Notes under the pieces: generated by a model
What the model saw: the letters and a program-made list of their open reading frames with translations, nothing else
Databases searched by the model: none
What the model was told of the DNA's origin: nothing
Part shown: in pieces, positions 19,059 through 28,916 of the stretch
Layout of the letters: every line of letters starts with the position of its first letter
Numbering within the stretch: the stretch's first letter is position 1
Made by a program: the position numbers and the translations under genes
Source of the DNA: a bacterium
Lineage (GTDB): Bacteria > Verrucomicrobiota > Verrucomicrobiia > Chthoniobacterales > JAFAMB01
Assembly: GCA_046727495.1 (NCBI GenBank)
Contig: JBKPCS010000077.1
Location: 1 to 57,815, forward strand
Reading direction: 5' to 3'
DNA length: 57,815 nucleotides

Positions 19059-19276
19059 CCCCGAAAGCTTTCGGGGCAGTTATCGGTTAACGGTTTTCGG
19101 TTAGATCATTCCGCGCCCTGCGTGCTGGGAAACCCAAGACCGAACTCAGGCACTCGAGCCGATTCGGTTCTCGGGAAGCTCTCGGATAGCAACGGTGTTG
19201 CTTCCAGCTAGGGTCTTGTGCCGCTGAGGGGCTACCGAACAGAAAACTGAAAACCGAAAACCGATAACCGAAAACC
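19058..19276. repeat. Composite GCCCCGAAAGCTTTCGGGGC plus inverted heptamer arms
   Basis: Perfect palindrome 19058-19077 fused to the stop codon; GTTATCGGTTAACGGTTTTCGG left arm; (AACCGAA/AACTGAA)n right arm 19234-19276. Confidence 0.85.
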
Positions 19277-19294
19277 AAGCGCGCTAAAGGCGCG

Positions 19295-20158
19295 CTAATC
19301 CCCGCCCCAGCGGCGTTTAAGCATTTCTTTGGCTGCGTCACGCCGGATTTCGAGTTCGTCTTGGAGCTGTTCGATCTGCTTGATCTGGGCGCGTAACTGT
19401 TCCTTGGCCCAGCCTTCCGCGCGATCTTTACGATCTTCCAGAGCGTCTTTCTCGCGGTCGAGCGCCTGCTTTTTGGCCTCCCATTCCCGGTCGAACGCGT
19501 CGAATGCTGCTTCGCGAGAGCGCTTAAAAGCGCCATCATCACTAAAGGCGTTGCGCGAGGCGAATCCGGTCTGAGCGAAAGCTCGCTGCAGGAATCCGGG
19601 CTGATTGAATGCGACGGTACGGACCGGAGAAGAAGCGAATTGATTTCGCGGCGATGCCCAGTAGGCGCGCCCGAGCTGTGGATGTCCGTAAACATGCACC
19701 GGTGTGCCGATCGCGACTGCCTGGAAGAATGCAGTTGCATACTGTTGCGGCATGCGAACGCATCCATGTGAATCCGGGTGGCCCGGAAGGTACCCGGAAT
19801 GCATCCCTATCGCAGGCTGAAACTGCATGTAATAACGCATCGGCGCGTTCACAAATTCGAGTCCCGGAGGAACGGCCATATCTTTGTCGGCATCGGGAAT
19901 GACAATCTGCTTCGTCATCGGGTTCCCGATAAAACCGTAAAAGCTCGATGAATGGTTGATGTCTTTATCGGTGATTTTGAACGTTCCAGTCGGCGTTTCG
20001 TGTCCCGGGCGCCCGGAGCAAACCGGGGATTGCAGTACGACTCGGCCCCGATCGATGAGGTAGGCGGTCTGATTGGTGAGATCGATCTCAATTCGCTGTT
20101 GGGCCAACGCACTGGAAAGGAACAACAACGGCAACAAACAAATGTACGCGGCTTTCAT
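19295..20158 (-). CDS. L,D-transpeptidase (YkuD) with C-terminal coiled coil
   Basis: Signal peptide; SGRPGHETPTGTF, HSGYLPGHPDSHGCVRM catalytic motif; charged helical tail. Confidence 0.9.
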   Translation of the reverse strand: MKAAYICLLPLLFLSSALAQQRIEIDLTNQTAYLIDRGRVVLQSPVCSGRPGHETPTGTFKITDKDINHSSSFYGFIGNPMTKQIVIPDADKDMAVPPGLEFVNAPMRYYMQFQPAIGMHSGYLPGHPDSHGCVRMPQQYATAFFQAVAIGTPVHVYGHPQLGRAYWASPRNQFASSPVRTVAFNQPGFLQRAFAQTGFASRNAFSDDGAFKRSREAAFDAFDREWEAKKQALDREKDALEDRKDRAEGWAKEQLRAQIKQIEQLQDELEIRRDAAKEMLKRRWGGD

Positions 20159-20408
20159 CCTACGCTTTTACCCCGGCGGCCTACCCATAACGCATTTTCT
20201 ATGGTTGGTCGAGGAATTAACGCTGTCAGCCGCCTTCGCTAAGGCTGCGGAGGACAGGCCGCCGGCATCGCCGCAACGACGGGAGTGAACACCGGATTGG
20301 GACGCCTGGAACGGCCCTGCGGGCGATGAAAATGCCCTTATTTGATCTTGTCTGGCTAAATTTTGGACCAGGTGCGCCGAATTCAGATGGGGGGAGACAC
20401 GTCGAAAC

Positions 20409-20545
20409 GAGTGTGAATCTGAGTGTGAGTGCGAGTGCGAGTCAGAATGGAGGTTCGAGTGCGGGTAAGCTTGGCCGTATCGTTTTTCTGACACGCAGTG
20501 AATTTGCGTCTTTTTATACTCGCACTAGCACCCACACTCACGCCC
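20409..20545. repeat. Hexamer (GAGTGC/GAGTGT)n inverted-arm element
   Basis: GAGTGTGAATCTGAGTGTGAGTGCGAGTGCGAGT ... ACTCGCACTAGCACCCACACTCAC; same family at 17367, 22792, 29758, 43729 and 43899. Confidence 0.75.
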
Positions 20546-20613
20546 CGTTAGCGTCTTGCGCTTCTGGAGGCATGATGTAAGAGTTGCGCTCCAGGGCTCG
20601 TTGGCAAAACGAT

Positions 20614-21138
20614 ATGGAACTTCAAAAGCGTGTAATCAGTGAGGACTCGGCTGCTTTAGCCGCAGATGACCAGGATCAGGAGCTATTGGATGCAGCGATT
20701 CAAGCGCTGGAACGCGTATACGCTCCCGAACGGCACACCGTTGGCTGTGCACTGCGCACAGTGAGCGGAAAGATCTATGTCGGAGTAAATATCAAAGCTT
20801 GCGGCTATGGTCCATGCGCCGAAACGATCGCAATCGGCAATGCCTTTACGGTTGGCGATCATCAATTGAGCGCAATCGTTGCCGTGAAACGCTCGGACGA
20901 CGGAAAGGGCTACAAGATCGTTTCTCCGTGCGGTAACTGCCGGCAGTTGATTGTCGACTACGCGCCTGATACCGCAATTATCTATGCAGATGGAACTGAG
21001 GTTCGCAAAGCGCGAGCCGTAACATTGCTTCCAGGGCATTTCCAGACCCGGTTAACCGAGCGGGCTCTGCTCCACCTGAACGGAAATGGAAAGAGCAATG
21101 GCCATGCAGTGCGGAAGCCAGGAGAGCGGAAATCGTAG
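20614..21138 (+). CDS. Cytidine deaminase family protein (homotetrameric CDA / blasticidin-S-deaminase-like)
   Basis: HTVGCAL...G.IY.GVN, GPCAETIAIG, VSPCGNCRQLI, LLP. Confidence 0.88.
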   Translation: MELQKRVISEDSAALAADDQDQELLDAAIQALERVYAPERHTVGCALRTVSGKIYVGVNIKACGYGPCAETIAIGNAFTVGDHQLSAIVAVKRSDDGKGYKIVSPCGNCRQLIVDYAPDTAIIYADGTEVRKARAVTLLPGHFQTRLTERALLHLNGNGKSNGHAVRKPGERKS

Positions 21139-21256
21139 GAGGCAGCAGACAGAATACAGGAGACAGGAGGTTGCGGAACGCCCGCCCTCCAATTCTGACT
21201 TCTTTCGGACGCCGTTGGCATTGATGGGATTGTAAGAATCGTGCAGACTGGCGAGG

Positions 21257-21616
21257 ATGCAGTGTAAAACGATAGCAGCCTGCCTGCTCGTCTCGCTTTT
21301 TTTCTTAAGTGGCTGCGCTTTACACCGGCGCCAGACCCAATCTACCGCGCCGGGGTATCCGCCGGTCTCGCAAAGTTCTGTTCAATTCTTCATGCGAAGG
21401 CCGCAGGGACAGTTCATCAAAATTGGAACAATTGCTGTTCAGCAAGACGCTGCTATGCCGATTGAGCCGGTGTTGAAGAGCGTACGGGCAAGCGCTGCGG
21501 AAAGCGGGGCAAATATTGTGGTACAGCTCGGTGATCAGTCTCGCTTCGCGATTAATGGCAAATTTCAACCTATCAATCTGCGGCTGATCAGCTTTCTGCT
21601 GTTGCGGCGTTATTGA
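21257..21616 (+). CDS. Small lipoprotein, hypothetical
   Basis: Lipobox LSGC after a hydrophobic stretch; R..AA..GAN.VV pattern. Confidence 0.7.
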   Translation: MQCKTIAACLLVSLFFLSGCALHRRQTQSTAPGYPPVSQSSVQFFMRRPQGQFIKIGTIAVQQDAAMPIEPVLKSVRASAAESGANIVVQLGDQSRFAINGKFQPINLRLISFLLLRRY

Positions 21617-21618
21617 TG

Positions 21619-21659
21619 GGCGCTGTAGGGCGGCAGAGGCCTGCCGCCCCTACAGCGCC
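21619..21659. repeat. GTAG-type REP palindrome
   Basis: GGCGCTGTAGGGCGGCAG-AGG-CCTGCCGCCCCTACAGCGCC; further copies at 45330-45408 and 24743-24766. Confidence 0.8.
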
Positions 21660-21714
21660 GCCTCAAGCGGCTCCACAATTTCTTTCTGGTGGTCGCAACG
21701 GAAATCGAATAAAT

Positions 21715-21726
21715 GTGATCGTTCAC
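21715..21726. promoter_or_regulatory. Possible LacI-family operator upstream of the sugar ABC operon
   Basis: GTGATCGTTCAC: imperfect palindrome with central CG, ~85 nt upstream of the SBP start. Confidence 0.35.
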
Positions 21727-21811
21727 GGCTACGCCGATCAATTGTCGTGCTAGATCGGCTGAGCTATCATTGTTGAATTAAAAGAACCCGTCGAATAAAC
21801 CCCAGAATAAG

Positions 21812-22786
21812 ATGAAAAAACAGTTCCTCCACGGCGGCCTGACGCTCGTCCTGGCTGCTGGAATTATTGGTACGGCTTGCGCACAAGAGTTGCCAAAACT
21901 AAAAGAAAAGAAGAGTTACAAGGTCGGCTTTTCACAAACCGAATCAAATAACCCCTGGCGTCTGGCCGAGACTGAAAGTGTCAAATCAGAGGCAGCAAAA
22001 CGAGGCTACCAATTCGTTTACACCGATGCAGCGGGCTCAGCCGCTAAACAGGTAGCCGACGTAAACAGTATGATTGCCCAAGGTGTCGATATCATCTTTC
22101 TCGCTCCCCGCGAAGAAAAACCGTTGGTCCCTGCGGTGATGGCGGCCAAGAAAGCCGGGATTACCGTCATCTGTCTTGATCGGCGCGTCGACGAAACAGT
22201 AGCCAAACCTGGTCGTGATTATTTGACCTTTATTGGCTCCGACTTCATTGACGAAGGAAAGCGTGCCGCCGAGTGGCTGGCGAAAAAAACAAACGGCAAG
22301 GCGACGATCATTGAGCTGCAAGGGACAACTGGGTCTTCGCCGGCACACGATCGCCAAGCCGGTTTCATGGAGGCTTTGAAGAAGTATCCCGACATGAAGG
22401 TGGTAGCTTCGCAAAGCGGCGATTTTGCCCGGGACAAAGGACGCCAGGTTGCGGAGACGTTGTTACAAGCGCATCCAGACGTTACAGCGATCTACGCGCA
22501 TAACGATGAAATGGCTTTAGGCGCGATTGCCGCGCTGGAAGCGGCCGGTAAAAAGCCAGGCAAAGATGTTATCGTTGTCAGCATTGACGGCGAAAAAGAT
22601 GGTTTGCAAGCGATCGTGGATGGAAAGCTGAATTGCACAGTTGAGTGCAATCCGCGCCTCGGGCCGAAAGGATTTGATGCAATGGAGGCTCACGCGAAAG
22701 GCAAGAAGATCGACAAATGGATCAAGAGCGACGACCGGCTCTTCGATGATAGCAACGCGAAAGACCACGTCGCCGAGGCATATTAG
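21812..22786 (+). CDS. ytfQ: Sugar ABC transporter substrate-binding protein (galactofuranose YtfQ-like)
   Basis: Signal peptide; VGFSQTESNNPWRLAET, IGSDF..EGKRAA, LQGTTGSSPA.DR, AHNDEMALGAI, VECNPRLGP. Confidence 0.88.
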   Translation: MKKQFLHGGLTLVLAAGIIGTACAQELPKLKEKKSYKVGFSQTESNNPWRLAETESVKSEAAKRGYQFVYTDAAGSAAKQVADVNSMIAQGVDIIFLAPREEKPLVPAVMAAKKAGITVICLDRRVDETVAKPGRDYLTFIGSDFIDEGKRAAEWLAKKTNGKATIIELQGTTGSSPAHDRQAGFMEALKKYPDMKVVASQSGDFARDKGRQVAETLLQAHPDVTAIYAHNDEMALGAIAALEAAGKKPGKDVIVVSIDGEKDGLQAIVDGKLNCTVECNPRLGPKGFDAMEAHAKGKKIDKWIKSDDRLFDDSNAKDHVAEAY

Positions 22787-22819
22787 CGACTGGTAGTGTG
22801 AGTGTTAGTGTTAATGCGA

Positions 22820-22846
22820 GAGCGGGGAGTTTTCGTCTCCCCGCTC
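22820..22846 (+). terminator. Intercistronic hairpin after the SBP gene
   Basis: GAGCGGGGAG-loop-CTCCCCGCTC 10-bp stem, weak U-tract. Confidence 0.55.
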
Positions 22847-22964
22847 CGTTATTCGTGATCCCTGATCCGCAAATCGTCAGCTGTAGCGTCAGATTTACGC
22901 TAGGGTATGTTTCGGGCTTTTGGGATTACGGATTGCGGACTACGGTTTAGGGCTTAGCGAATCG

Positions 22965-25712
22965 ATGACGCCGATGGCCCCCACTAGCACTAGCGCCAAC
23001 ACTAGCACTCTCCCCGCGCCTCTCCTCCGGATGCACGGCATCGACAAAAGCTTTAATAGCATCCCGGCCCTAATTGGCGCCTCTCTCGAGGTTGAGGCCG
23101 GGGAAGTACATGCCTTGATCGGTCAAAACGGAGCGGGCAAATCCACCCTGATCAAAATTCTGACCGGTTACTATTCCAAAGACGCTGGAGAAATAGTGTT
23201 CAACGGCGCTCCGTTCTATGCGAGCTCGCCCAAGGCTGCGCAGGAAGGCGGCATCAGCACGATCTATCAAGAGATCAATCTCATCCCGTACCGGTCGGTG
23301 GCTGAGAACATATTTCTGAGCCGCGAACGGCGACGATTTGGGTTTCTCGATTGGGCGCGGATGCATCGCGAAGCGGAAGAGTTGTTAAGCCACTTCCGAA
23401 TCAAGGTGGATGTACGGCAATCACTGTCCCAATGCAGCACGGCGATCCAGCAGATGGTGGCAATCGCGAGAGCGGCTAGTTTCGATTCGAAGCTGGTGAT
23501 TATGGATGAACCGACATCGTCGTTGGATGATCACGAGGTCGCCGTGCTTTTTCAGGTAATCCGCCAACTTAAGGCGTCGGGTGTCTCTGTAATTTTCGTG
23601 AGTCACAAACTCGATGAGCTCTACGCTGTTTGTGATCGCGTCACCGTGATGCGTGATGGAAGAACGGTTGTGACTGGATCGCTGACTAGCTTGTCAAAGT
23701 TGTCTCTGGTGACAACAATGATTGGGCGGGAACTGGAATCAGCCACCAGTCATCAAACAGCTTTTGCTGAAGTGGGGAGCGCGAAAAACCGCATCGCGGA
23801 TAATTCGCTACTCTCTGTTCGGAATCTGTCGCTTGGACGACGGGTCAGTGACGCGAACCTCGAAGTGCGTGCGGGTGAAATTGTCGGTCTGGCCGGATTG
23901 CTCGGTTCTGGACGAAGTGAAATAGCCCGAGCGGTTTTTGGTGCCGATCGGCTAGATAAAGGCGCAATGGAGTTTAACGGGGCCTCATTCACTCCAAAAG
24001 CGCCAGCTAGCGCGATCGGCGCTGGAATTGGCTATTGTTCTGAGGATCGAAAATTTGACGGGATCGTTCCGGACCTGTCTGTGCGCGAGAACTTGACTCT
24101 TGCGTTGCTGCCCCTTTTAGCAAGAACCGGCATAGTAGATGAGAACGAACAGGCGAAAGTTGTAGAAAAGTTCGTCCAGCGGCTCGGCATCAAATGCGCG
24201 AGCGTCGATCAGCCGATCCGTGAATTGTCGGGAGGCAACCAGCAGAAGGTCTTGTTGGCGCGCTGGCTCTGTCTGAATCCACGACTGTTGATTCTGGATG
24301 AACCGACTCGCGGGATTGACGTCGGCGCAAAGGCCGAGATTCAAAGTCTTATCGCCCAGCTTGCGATAGATGGTCTCGGCGTCCTGATGATCTCCTCAGA
24401 AATGGAGGAAGTCGTAGAGGGGTCAGATCGAGTTTTTGTCCTGCGTGAGGGCCGCACGGTCGCGGAATTCTCGGGCGACCAGATTGATGAAGAATCGATC
24501 GTGGCTGTCATGGCCGATGGCACGGCGGCACTTCAGGCGCGGGTGCCTGCTGCGCCGGCTTCTACAAACGGATCTCTTCCGGAGAGCGACGCTTCCGGCT
24601 TGGCTAAAGACAACGGCCAGATCCAATCACTTTCGCCGCCGGATCAAGCAACCGCAGCGGTGATCCCGCCATTGCGGGAGCCTTTAGATCAAGCAGCGGT
24701 GGTGACGGAGCACCGCCCTCCGGTTAGAACCCCTGGGGTTTCGGCGGCAGGGCCTGCCGCCCTACATCGATTCAGGAGGCTGCTAGCCAAGAACGGGACT
24801 CTGGTTGCCTTGTTGCTGTTGATCGTTTTTAACCTTATCTGGACGCCGCATTTTCTGAGCTGGCAGACTCTGAACGTTAACCTGACTCAGGTTTGCAACA
24901 TTGTGATCGTCGGCGTTGGGATGACGCTTGTGATCGGTACGGGTGGCATTGATCTATCTGTCGGCTCGTTGATGGCGATCGCGGGCGCGCTGGCGCCGCT
25001 GATTTTCTTGAATAAATCGATCCCACCCGGCTGGGGCGTGCCGCTAGCATTTGTCTTGCCGGTTCTTGTCTCGGGGCTCTTTGGATCTTTTAACGGATGG
25101 CTTGTGACCCGGTTCCGGATTCAGCCGATCGTGGCAACGCTCATCCTTTTTATTGCCGGCCGTGGGATTGCTCAGGTGGTAACGAATGGAAATCTCCAGC
25201 CGTTCAGTATGCCGGCTTTTCAGGTGATTGGACTGGCGCGTCCCTTCGGAATTCCTCTGCAGGCGATACTGATGCTGTTGATTGTTGCGGTGGCCGTCTG
25301 GACTCTTCGATTCACAGTATTCGGTCGGCAACTGGTGGCGGTGGGCGGGAACGAAGAAGCGGCCCGGCTCTCCGGAGTCCCGGTCAGTCGCGTAAAGTTA
25401 GCAGTCTATCTGATCAGCGGCCTCTGTTCCGGGCTGGCCGGTCTGATTGTAATCGCGATCAATTCATCCTCCGATGCGAACCTTGTCGGCCTGGGCATGG
25501 AGCTCGACGCGATCGCGGCAGTGGCGGTCGGTGGGACACCGCTGACCGGGGGGCGCGCCTCGGTGGTAGGTACATTGATCGGCGCACTAATTATCCAGCT
25601 GGTTCGCTACACGCTCCTGGCAAACGGAGTTCCCGACGCCGCAGCCCTGGTAGTGAAAGCCGCAATCATCATCGGCGCCGTGTTCATTCAACAGAAAGGA
25701 GCCGCCCGCTAA
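22965..25712 (+). CDS. Fused sugar ABC ATPase (two NBDs, YtfR-like) and permease (YtfT-like)
   Basis: GQNGAGKST, IMDEPT, GLLGSGRSE, LSGGNQQKV, ILDEPTRGIDVGAK; ~90-aa Pro/Ala linker; permease GGIDLSVG, GGNEEAARLSG, ELDAIAAVAVGGT in a single frame. Confidence 0.9.
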   Translation: MTPMAPTSTSANTSTLPAPLLRMHGIDKSFNSIPALIGASLEVEAGEVHALIGQNGAGKSTLIKILTGYYSKDAGEIVFNGAPFYASSPKAAQEGGISTIYQEINLIPYRSVAENIFLSRERRRFGFLDWARMHREAEELLSHFRIKVDVRQSLSQCSTAIQQMVAIARAASFDSKLVIMDEPTSSLDDHEVAVLFQVIRQLKASGVSVIFVSHKLDELYAVCDRVTVMRDGRTVVTGSLTSLSKLSLVTTMIGRELESATSHQTAFAEVGSAKNRIADNSLLSVRNLSLGRRVSDANLEVRAGEIVGLAGLLGSGRSEIARAVFGADRLDKGAMEFNGASFTPKAPASAIGAGIGYCSEDRKFDGIVPDLSVRENLTLALLPLLARTGIVDENEQAKVVEKFVQRLGIKCASVDQPIRELSGGNQQKVLLARWLCLNPRLLILDEPTRGIDVGAKAEIQSLIAQLAIDGLGVLMISSEMEEVVEGSDRVFVLREGRTVAEFSGDQIDEESIVAVMADGTAALQARVPAAPASTNGSLPESDASGLAKDNGQIQSLSPPDQATAAVIPPLREPLDQAAVVTEHRPPVRTPGVSAAGPAALHRFRRLLAKNGTLVALLLLIVFNLIWTPHFLSWQTLNVNLTQVCNIVIVGVGMTLVIGTGGIDLSVGSLMAIAGALAPLIFLNKSIPPGWGVPLAFVLPVLVSGLFGSFNGWLVTRFRIQPIVATLILFIAGRGIAQVVTNGNLQPFSMPAFQVIGLARPFGIPLQAILMLLIVAVAVWTLRFTVFGRQLVAVGGNEEAARLSGVPVSRVKLAVYLISGLCSGLAGLIVIAINSSSDANLVGLGMELDAIAAVAVGGTPLTGGRASVVGTLIGALIIQLVRYTLLANGVPDAAALVVKAAIIIGAVFIQQKGAAR

Positions 25713-25776
25713 CAACATTGGTCCCATTGGTCGTATACGTCCCATAAGTCCTATCCGCCCCATCCTCCCATCTCCC

Positions 25777-26760
25777 ATGAGCAAAGCGCAAAAAGATCCG
25801 ACCAGGATCGTTCGATTGATCAGCCAAAACAGTGTGCTGATCGCGCTCGTTCTGCTGATTGTGTTCGGTAATTTACGCTACGAAAACTTTCTTGGGACTT
25901 ACAATGTTCTCACATTCCTGCGCTACAACTCAATGTTTGCGCTGGTATCACTCGGGATGTGCTTTGTGATCATGAGTGGTGGCATCGATCTCTCAGTGGG
26001 CACGACCGCAGCCTTGGGAAGCGTCGTTTCGGCGCTTCTTAGTCCGTTCGGTGTGTGGGCTGGGCTAGCCGGCGGTGTTGGTGCGGGGGCCGTTATGGGA
26101 TTCCTGAACGGAACTATCATTACTCGGCTGAGAATTCCGCCCTTCATTTCGTCTCTTGCAATCATGCTGGCGGCGCAAGGTACTGCCTTGTTGTTATCGC
26201 ATAATCAGTCGGTCGCTGTTTCGTACGACACCGATTTTACTGTTATCGGTCAGGGCGATTTTCTCGGCTTCCCGATTCCGGCTTGGATTGCAGCCGTTGC
26301 CTATCTCATTGGTGCGATCTGCCTGAACTTGACCGCTTCTGGTAGATACGTTCTGGCGATCGGGGGAAACGAAGAGGCTGCGCGGCTGATGGGCCTGGGA
26401 GTAGATCGGAGCAAGTTCTTTCTTTATCTCATCAGCGGTGCGTTGTCTGGTTTGGCTGGAGTCATTCTTGCGGCCCAGTTCGGAGCGGGACAACCAGTCG
26501 AAGGGGTCGGCTGGGAATTGTTTGCCATTGCATCGGTCGTAGTCGGAGGAACACTCCTGACTGGCGGTCAAGGCTCGGTTCTCACGACGCTTGCCGGTGT
26601 TCTGCTGCTCGGCCTGATCTTCAATATCCTGAATTTCGAGAACGGGCTTGGCTGGATCAGTCTCTCAGCCTACTGGCAATCGGTTATTCGAGGCGTTTTC
26701 CTGATGATAGTCGTGATTTTTCAGTCCCGACTAATGGTGAGAAAGAGAGCGTCTTTCTAG
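25777..26760 (+). CDS. yjfF: Sugar ABC transporter permease (YjfF-like)
   Basis: SGGIDLSVG, AIGGNEEAARLMGL, GWELFAIASVVVGGTLLTGGQG. Confidence 0.88.
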   Translation: MSKAQKDPTRIVRLISQNSVLIALVLLIVFGNLRYENFLGTYNVLTFLRYNSMFALVSLGMCFVIMSGGIDLSVGTTAALGSVVSALLSPFGVWAGLAGGVGAGAVMGFLNGTIITRLRIPPFISSLAIMLAAQGTALLLSHNQSVAVSYDTDFTVIGQGDFLGFPIPAWIAAVAYLIGAICLNLTASGRYVLAIGGNEEAARLMGLGVDRSKFFLYLISGALSGLAGVILAAQFGAGQPVEGVGWELFAIASVVVGGTLLTGGQGSVLTTLAGVLLLGLIFNILNFENGLGWISLSAYWQSVIRGVFLMIVVIFQSRLMVRKRASF

Positions 26761-26880
26761 CACAACTCTGTTCAGGTCGCTTCTGGGAAGTTGGGACCCG
26801 GAACGTGAAACGCGAAACGCCATTGAAGGGTTGCTATTTGGGCAGCGACCGGGCTTCATGCTGGTGGTCTTACACGATTA

Positions 26881-27132
26881 CGCGAAAGCGGCTCCAAATC
26901 GTGGCTCCACGAGGATGATCTCGCAGCACTAAAGCGAAACCTTTTTGTGCGGGGCAGCTTCGTCAAGAGCTGGGGCTGCCAGACCGGCGAGAGCATGAGT
27001 GAAAAATTCTGGTATGCGACAGGCACCAGAATGATCGGAGCAATCGGGCGAACGGATTATGCGAATCGCGACGATGCAGTCAACGGCATCGTGCCGATTC
27101 TCAGTTCACCCGGCGGTAGATGGGTTGAATAA
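26881..27132 (+). pseudogene. 3' remnant of a hypothetical protein gene
   Basis: Frame reads SGSKSWLHEDDL..LFVRGSFVKSWGCQTGESMS..GAIGRTDY; upstream frame is degraded with a stop at 26824; no convincing start. Confidence 0.55.
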
Positions 27133-27183
27133 ACGCCGTGATCGCCGAGAACGCCGTCAGCGCCGAACGCCGAACGCCAAACG

Positions 27184-27504
27184 CTACTGCTTAGCCACGT
27201 CCAAGAGCTTCTGCGCGCACTTGGTGATGAAGTCCTGAAACTTCGGTTTCTCGTCGTCTTTGAGTTTTCCGGTGAGCTCACCAGCTTGGGTCTGCAATTC
27301 CATGGATTTCTGCTGCAGTGCCTGCAGCTTGGAATTATCACCGGCTTTCATCGCTTTGTATGCCGCTGTGTAATCATCGATAAACTGGGCATACGACTTT
27401 ACAAATGTATTTACATCCGGCTCGGCGAATGTAGGAAGGTCGTCAGCGAAAATCTGGGACGCAAATCCCAGCGTTAAGATGAGGATAGCGGCAAATTTCT
27501 TCAC
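27184..27504 (-). CDS. Small secreted helical protein, hypothetical
   Basis: Signal peptide MKKFAAILILTLGFASQIFA; amphipathic helical mature part. Confidence 0.8.
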   Translation of the reverse strand: MKKFAAILILTLGFASQIFADDLPTFAEPDVNTFVKSYAQFIDDYTAAYKAMKAGDNSKLQALQQKSMELQTQAGELTGKLKDDEKPKFQDFITKCAQKLLDVAKQ

Positions 27505-27803
27505 GGTAGTTCGACATTATCGACATTTTGGGGCCTACCACCTGCTGATGGAAAACTGCATGGAATGGACGACTTCGGCGAGCCAACGCATGAGCAGCAG
27601 GAACAATGTGAGCAGTACGGCGGCTGCCCCTAGGCCAAGGGCGGATACGCCTACCGTGTTGTAATCTTTGCTTTGAGGCGGTCTACTTCCTTCTTGGGCC
27701 ATTTGATTCTTGGATTTGCGTTTAAGCGGTCCACCTTACATCGGGGTTTCCGGCTTAGCAATCTTGCAAATTTCAACAATTCAGAAGAGCCTGCTAAGTA
27801 GCC

Positions 27804-28832
27804 ATGCACCTCGGCTCACTCAAACCAGATTCCGCGGACGCTGCGTCTAACCTCGCTTCCTGGATTCTTGCGGGGCTTGCACTCTTTTTGGTGCTTTATC
27901 TGCATCTCTTCCCGGCGCTGGCCGCCGGTTGTCTAGTGTACCAGCTTGTTCAGCTAGCGGTTCCGCTCATCCAGCGACGTCTGTCGGGTCCGCGATCGCG
28001 CTTGGTCGCGGTAGGTGGTCTGGCGATCGTTACTGTTGGGATCGTTACTCTCGCGATATTTGGAATCGTCGCTTTTCTTAAGAGTGAAACCGGAAACCTG
28101 GAGGTCCTTTTCCAAAAGCTGGAGCACATTCTCATCGAGGCTCGCACCAAGGTGCCAGCCTCCGCGGCGGATTATTTGCCCGGTAATGTTGACGATCTAA
28201 AAGCGATGGCGTCGGACTGGGTTGGCGAACACTCAAAAGAAGTCCAGATGCTGGGCAAAGAAGCGATGCGTGTGTTTGTGCGAATGCTGATCGGGATGGT
28301 GATCGGTGCGCTGATCTCGCTGCATGAAGGCGGACCGGCCTTCTTCGCCACGCCGTTTATTGCGGCGCTGACAAACCGCGCCACTCGATTCGGAGCGGCC
28401 TTCCGAAACATTGTTTTTGCGCAGATCAGGATCTCCGCGGTCAACACCGTTCTAACTGCGATCTTTCTTTTGGTCATTTGCCCTCTCTTCGGGGTCCAAT
28501 TGCCATTAGCCAAGACGTTGATCGCCGTCACATTTCTGGCCGGTCTGCTGCCAATTATCGGCAACCTGATTTCAAATACCGTAATCGTGACCGTCGCTCT
28601 TTCAGTATCGCTGACCGCCGCGGTTGGTGCGCTCCTATTCCTGATCTTGATCCACAAGCTGGAATATTTTCTAAACGCCAAGATTGTCGGTTCCAGGATC
28701 CATGCACACGCCTGGGAGCTCTTGTTGGCGATGATTACGCTGGAAGCCGCATTCGGCGTCGCCGGCCTCATCGCTGCTCCAATCTACTACGCGTACATCA
28801 AGAGCGAACTCGCTGACGCGAAGCTGATATGA
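27804..28832 (+). CDS. AI-2E family transporter
   Basis: TM-rich; AQIRISAVN, GLLPIIGNLI, KLEYFLNAKIVG, FGVAGLIAAP. Confidence 0.88.
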   Translation: MHLGSLKPDSADAASNLASWILAGLALFLVLYLHLFPALAAGCLVYQLVQLAVPLIQRRLSGPRSRLVAVGGLAIVTVGIVTLAIFGIVAFLKSETGNLEVLFQKLEHILIEARTKVPASAADYLPGNVDDLKAMASDWVGEHSKEVQMLGKEAMRVFVRMLIGMVIGALISLHEGGPAFFATPFIAALTNRATRFGAAFRNIVFAQIRISAVNTVLTAIFLLVICPLFGVQLPLAKTLIAVTFLAGLLPIIGNLISNTVIVTVALSVSLTAAVGALLFLILIHKLEYFLNAKIVGSRIHAHAWELLLAMITLEAAFGVAGLIAAPIYYAYIKSELADAKLI

Positions 28833-28911
28833 AGGAGACAGGAGACAGAATACAGGAGACAGGAGATGGGCCGGGAACCTCTTGTATTCTGTATTCTGTC
28901 GCCTGTATTCT
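28833..28911. repeat. Heptamer (GGAGACA/GAATACA)n inverted-arm element
   Basis: GGAGACAGGAGACAGAATACAGGAGACAGGAG ... TATTCTGTATTCTGTCGCCTGTATTCT; near-identical left arm at ~21137-21170. Confidence 0.8.
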
Positions 28912-28916
28912 TGACC

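Noticed and set aside
20168-20494. His/Ser-rich ORF (HSHSHSDSHS) as a metal-binding protein
   Set aside because: It is the translation of the intergenic (GAGTGT)n hexamer element; ORFs 8198..8482, 9897..10313 and 17393..17728 likewise arise from repeats
20614-21138. Deaminase as a toxin or defence effector
   Set aside because: Motifs fit the ordinary homotetrameric CDA/BSD type; no secretion signal or immunity partner, and far from the T6SS
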